NCBI RefSeq assembly: GCF_009914755.1
Contig: NC_060937.1
Direction: 5' to 3' (one strand)
DNA: 64,000 nt
Origin: the human T2T-CHM13v2.0 reference genome, Homo sapiens
Position 1 is the stretch's first letter; the number at the start of each line of letters is the position of its first letter. The position numbers and the translations under genes are program-made. Positions 59,390 through 64,000 of the stretch are shown piece after piece. Below the pieces are notes generated by a model. The model was given only the letters and a program-made list of their open reading frames with translations, was not told the origin of the DNA and did not search any database.

Positions 59390-59915
59390 TGTTTCACATC
59401 TTCTGAATCATATGAGAAAAGAGTTGCGTGTTTAGACCTCCATATTACAGATGTGGTGTATTAGTCCATTTTCATGCTCCTCATAAAGACACACCTGAGA
59501 CTGGCAAGAAAAAGGTTTAATTGGACTTAAAGAGTTCCACATGGCTGGGGAGGCCTCAGAATCATGGCGGGAGGCAAAAGGCACTTCTTACATGGTGTCA
59601 GGAAGACAAAACAAGGAAGAAGCAGAAACTCCTGATAAGCCCATCAGATCTCCTGAGCTTTATTCACTATCAGGAGAATAGCATTGGAAAGACGGGCCCC
59701 CATGATTCAATTACCTCCTCATGGGTCCCTCACACAACAGATGGCAATTCTGGGAGATACAATTCAAGTTGAGATTTGGGTCGGGACAAAGTCAAACTAT
59801 GTCATATGGTCACTGACTTTTCATGAAGTTAGGCAATATGCCTAAGGTCATACATATTAATATAAGTGAACAAATACTTGAAATCAGATTTCCCTGCTCC
59901 AATTTCCAAGCTAGT
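59390..59915 (-). mobile_element. MIR, split by THE1 LTR
   Basis: CTCCATATTACAGATG | ...GTTAGGCAATATGCCTAAGGTCATACA...TTGAAATCAGAT (MIR core). Confidence 0.6.
59457..59804 (-). mobile_element. THE1 solo LTR
   Basis: TGTATTAGTCCATTTTCATGC...GGGAGATACAATTCAAGTTGAGATTTGGG...AAACTATGTCA; TSD TGTGG/TATGG. Confidence 0.92.
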
Positions 59916-61999
59916 GTATGCTTTATTCTGCTTCTTTCATGCGTTACTTACTACTTTCTTTAATATCTTCTTAACCGACCATGTTTTAAGCCAAATAAAA
60001 CTGAAAGCTTAACAATAAATATAATATCGTTGTTTGAAGATGTTCTCCTCTATTCTCCATAAATGTTTTTTATTAAATGAAACTTAACGGCATATCATTC
60101 AGAAATGTTTTCAAGTTTCTAAATGCACTAAGCTTTAAATAGTTAATATGATATTTTATATTACCTTAGTGTCCTGTTAATCTGTAATTAAATACATTAC
60201 TTTTTCAATTCTCAAAAGTCAGCACAGTTCAAAAATAAAATGTGTAAACATTATTTTATTTATCCGATTGTTAACTTTACCTCGTGATTACCCTATCTTG
60301 GACATTATGATAGGTTCTTAATTGCAAACAAAAAATAGATTGTCTTGTAGCATCCCATGACCTTCTATAAATTCTTATATTAACTATAATTACTACAATG
60401 TTAAGCACCTACTTACTAAGATTATTGATTCAGAAAAAGAATGCCATAATCCAATATGCCCATGAGAGAAATATGAGCTAGTCATACAATATGAGTAAGT
60501 GCTATGACCTAGATTATAAGCCATCTGCCTGGCATTAAATCATGTATCCTGTAAAAGTAAGAATATATAAGCATATTTCAATGTTTATGTGCATTTATAC
60601 ATGTAATCTAGTTAAGTGTTGAAGAATTCATGTCACCACAACTAAAGAAATCACTAACACCTTATTTTTTGTTATGGCTGCTGATATTCCAGTATTCAGT
60701 GGGCTAACCAGAAGAAAGGTTAATAAAATGGAAAGAAAACTAGGTATTGGGGAAGAAACTAAAAAATAATGATTTTATTTGCAAAGAACTGAGAAATTCT
60801 TTGCCGCATTGCGAAATAGGCCATGGACTCACATGACTAGCACCACATAATGTTGATGCTGGGGAAATAATTACAAGCAGCAGAGTAAAAGAGACCATTG
60901 GGACACACAAGCCCTCATTATTTCACAGGAGAGGGTGACCTAGACAATTTAACTGCACTATGTTCAAGATTCCAAAAGAGGGTACCTACTTCAGCTATCA
61001 GGCTGGACTTGCTACGAAGAACATTCCAAGGAAGATAGTGAACCTCATTCCCTTACCACATTCCATATTTATGGGTCAGCCTGAAAGGGGATAGGGCACA
61101 TAATTTCTCCAAGTAATGAGGTCTGCACAGTGAGGGTCCTGGAAACAGCTGTGCCTGACATCAGCTAAATGTCTCTGTATCCTGGCTTAGTCTCATTTAA
61201 GTCAACAAAAGGGAGAAAGGGAATGAGCTTCCAAGGCATTCATATTTGATGCTCACCAAATTGATTGTCTTCTATGGAAAATGTGTGTTCTATCTTCATG
61301 TCTTTCTATGGGAATTTAAAAGGAAACATCCTAACATAATCTTCTTTTTTGACACAATGTCTAGTTTTAAGGGATTTTTGCCAGAGTTTGATTTGGTTTA
61401 TATTTCAGTCTTTGGTTTATATTTCAGTTGTACTAGTTCTAGTACGATATGAGCTAGAAGAGTTAGTTTTCCAGACCAAAAGTCTTTTGATATTTGACTT
61501 ATCACTTTTTTTCTAACTTCTGACTGAAGTCAACTAATGCTTGCTGCTTCCTCTTAATATTACAAAATGAGCAGCCATCATCTGGCAAAACATACTTATT
61601 TTGCTAACCTTGGAGCCTTAGACTCAGTAGGCCTTTGGGTTGTATTCAACCTGATGACTGGCATAACACAACCTAACATGACCTCAAACCTTTTATTTCA
61701 TGCTGTGTTTTATACCAGACAGAAAACTAAGGCAGAGGCAAGTATTTTGAGTGTTTTGTTTGTTTGCTTGTGTATTTTTTATTTTCGTTTTTGTTTTAGT
61801 GGCAGCACACAGCAGAGTTTCACTCTAGATCATTGCAAAATGGGTCCATTAAAAGTAAGATCATGGTATCTGGGATGGGAGTTATGCATGGGTTCAACAA
61901 CCTTTCACACATAGCTTCAACAAACTTTCATAAACAGATCTAGTTTTTACAATTACTGAGTGCAACCTCTGCCAACAATTTTAAAAAATGCTAGAAACA

Positions 62000-62570
62000 T
62001 GCCAGTTACCTGGAAGTGGGGAGATTACATTGGATTCCTAATGTCATGAAAAAGGCAGTATTTTCTCTGCCATAGAAGAAGTACTTATGTTGGAAATGAA
62101 TTCCCACCATTGCCCACAGTATTTCAGCCATCATAATTATTCATGAAAGAACTAGTATCACATCTTTGGGATTCGTAGTCTTAATTATATGCCAAACCCA
62201 ACTGTACACATAGAACTGTGAAATGACCTATGAATGACATAATGATACCACTGGCTTGGAGAATATATCCTCTAAGGCTGGTATGTTTTATTATAACATG
62301 CAGTATGTCCTTTGAACAAGGGACCAATATAGTTAGTATGTCTTAGACTATGAAGCAAAGAATAGAATTGGGATGAAAGGGTTGGGGAATTTTTCTTAGT
62401 AAACTTAATAAAATATTACTTAATTTATTTGTTTTCCTTCCTCGAATTCTTAGACTCAACTGAATTAGAGAGATTAGTGCTTAAGAAAGAGTAAACTTGG
62501 TAGAATATAACGTTGGTCCCATTGAACTGGATGTTAAAGGATGACATATGGACAATTTCAGCTTCTCATG
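62000..62570 (+). mobile_element. Third ERVL internal fragment (integrase and downstream region)
   Basis: Resembles 48050-49050 (ATGCAGTATGTCCTTTGAACAAGGGACCAATATA, GTCCCATTGAACTGGA). Confidence 0.45.
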
Positions 62571-62894
62571 TCACTTGTTTGACACACAATGAAGAATTTT
62601 TCCTAAAGTAGAGTGACTGGTTCTGCTTATACAAGGCAAATAGATTCTTTATATTATGACATTGCTGCTGCATAATGAGGTAAGAGCAATACCATTGAAT
62701 ATCTAAGTGATTCCATGTAATATCTTTCAGTATTTCCACGTATAATTTCAACAGTTAACTAGTACCACAAATACTAATAGGAGTATTAATGGTTCTGACT
62801 TTACAAGAATGAGGGTTTACCTTTCATCACGAGGTAAGATACCATATAAATAAATGGTGTTGACTGATGGCAAGGAACACATCCTGTTGGGGAG

Positions 62895-63025
62895 AGAATA
62901 AAGAGAGAGGGGGAAGAAGACAAACAAGAAGAAGAAAAAGAAGAGAAAGAAGATGAAGAAAAAGGAGAAGGAGAAAATGAAAAGGAGGAGAAGGAAGAAG
63001 GAGGGAGAGAGGAGAGAAAAAAATG
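62895..63025. repeat. Purine-rich (GAA/GGA)n low-complexity tract
   Basis: Directly visible. Confidence 0.88.
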
Positions 63026-64000
63026 ATAAGAATGCCCATATGAATTGTTGCAATTTGTATTTATATATATGAGCTGACATGTTTTCCACTGCTACTTTTT
63101 TATTCTTTTATATAAGGTACATTGCATTAGGTTAGTTATAAAATATCAAGTTACAAGATAAAGTTCTAATCATTACGGTTAAAATCTTAAATAGGGATTC
63201 TATATATACTTGAAAAGAAATAAAAATCATAAGGTAGATAAAGAGATTAATGGGAACTGGATCTTTGTTGTGGGAAAAGGGAGAATGTATCTTTTTGTTC
63301 AATGGATTGGTGGATTATTTGAGTCAGAATGGCTGCTGTTGCAACTAGCATTAGTAGAAGTTTCATATGAAGAGTTACTGAGTACTCAAAGGGTTGACTG
63401 TATCTGAATGTCTTTGGTAGGTAGCAGGGATTCTTTCTGTCTACACTGTTCCCTTTCTAGAAAGTACTGAAAACACGGACTGATATTATGAGAATCACTG
63501 CTATCGGCTTTCTGAGTTACATTCACCAATGAGCAGTACTCACAGGATGACAGCAATACCACAGGATGTTTGGAAGGTGAAAATAAAGCTCTATAATTCA
63601 GGAGAACAATGACAAATAGGCATGTGGGAATTGGCAAGTGAATGAAGTGGTTTTTCCAGCAATTTCTGAGATTTTCCACTGCAGATGATATTCTGTCATA
63701 CTAGAGAGTGCTGGATTCTGCTCCAGACAAATGTTAATTCGTCCTTTGCTCATCTTGCCCTTTCAATGAGCTAGTAAGCCTCTTAGCCTCAATATTAAAT
63801 CCCGTTAATCCATAATACTTAGAGAGTTATTTCTGTTTTATTAAACAAAAGTAACACCCATCCCTACTCTCTGACTATTCAAGCAAGATATAAATCTGCA
63901 TGTATTTGATCTGCTCAGACACACATGATTAAATATAATCACAAACACACAATTAAATATGCTCATGTATAACCTTAAAAAAGAGAGGAACTTTCGAAAT

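Noticed and set aside
60680-63780. Possible further LTR and retroelement pol fragments (60680-61240, 62575-62830, 63200-63780)
   Set aside because: Only vague resemblance; I could not assign a family or motif reliably.

Overview
AT-rich, gene-poor primate (human-like) genomic DNA, mostly interspersed repeats: L1PA/PB/MA/ME LINEs, L2/MIR, eight Alus, MaLR LTRs including a complete MSTA provirus, fragmented ERVL proviruses, and a cluster of Tigger/hAT DNA transposons. I find no host protein-coding gene, rRNA, intact tRNA or CRISPR array. The recognisable ORFs are decayed transposon ORFs, and the rest look like chance or low-complexity frames. The sequence does not support a new functional biological system. 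The notable signals are fossil DNA events: (1) a formerly full-length L1PA whose interior appears replaced by a truncated AluY inside one target-site duplication (TSD); (2) a tailless 5'-half tRNA-Gly retrocopy inside MSTA-int; (3) a multi-template insertion copied from neighbouring MER6A and Tigger2; (4) several small template-switch scars. Subfamily names and consensus comparisons are from memory and need RepeatMasker/Dfam confirmation.
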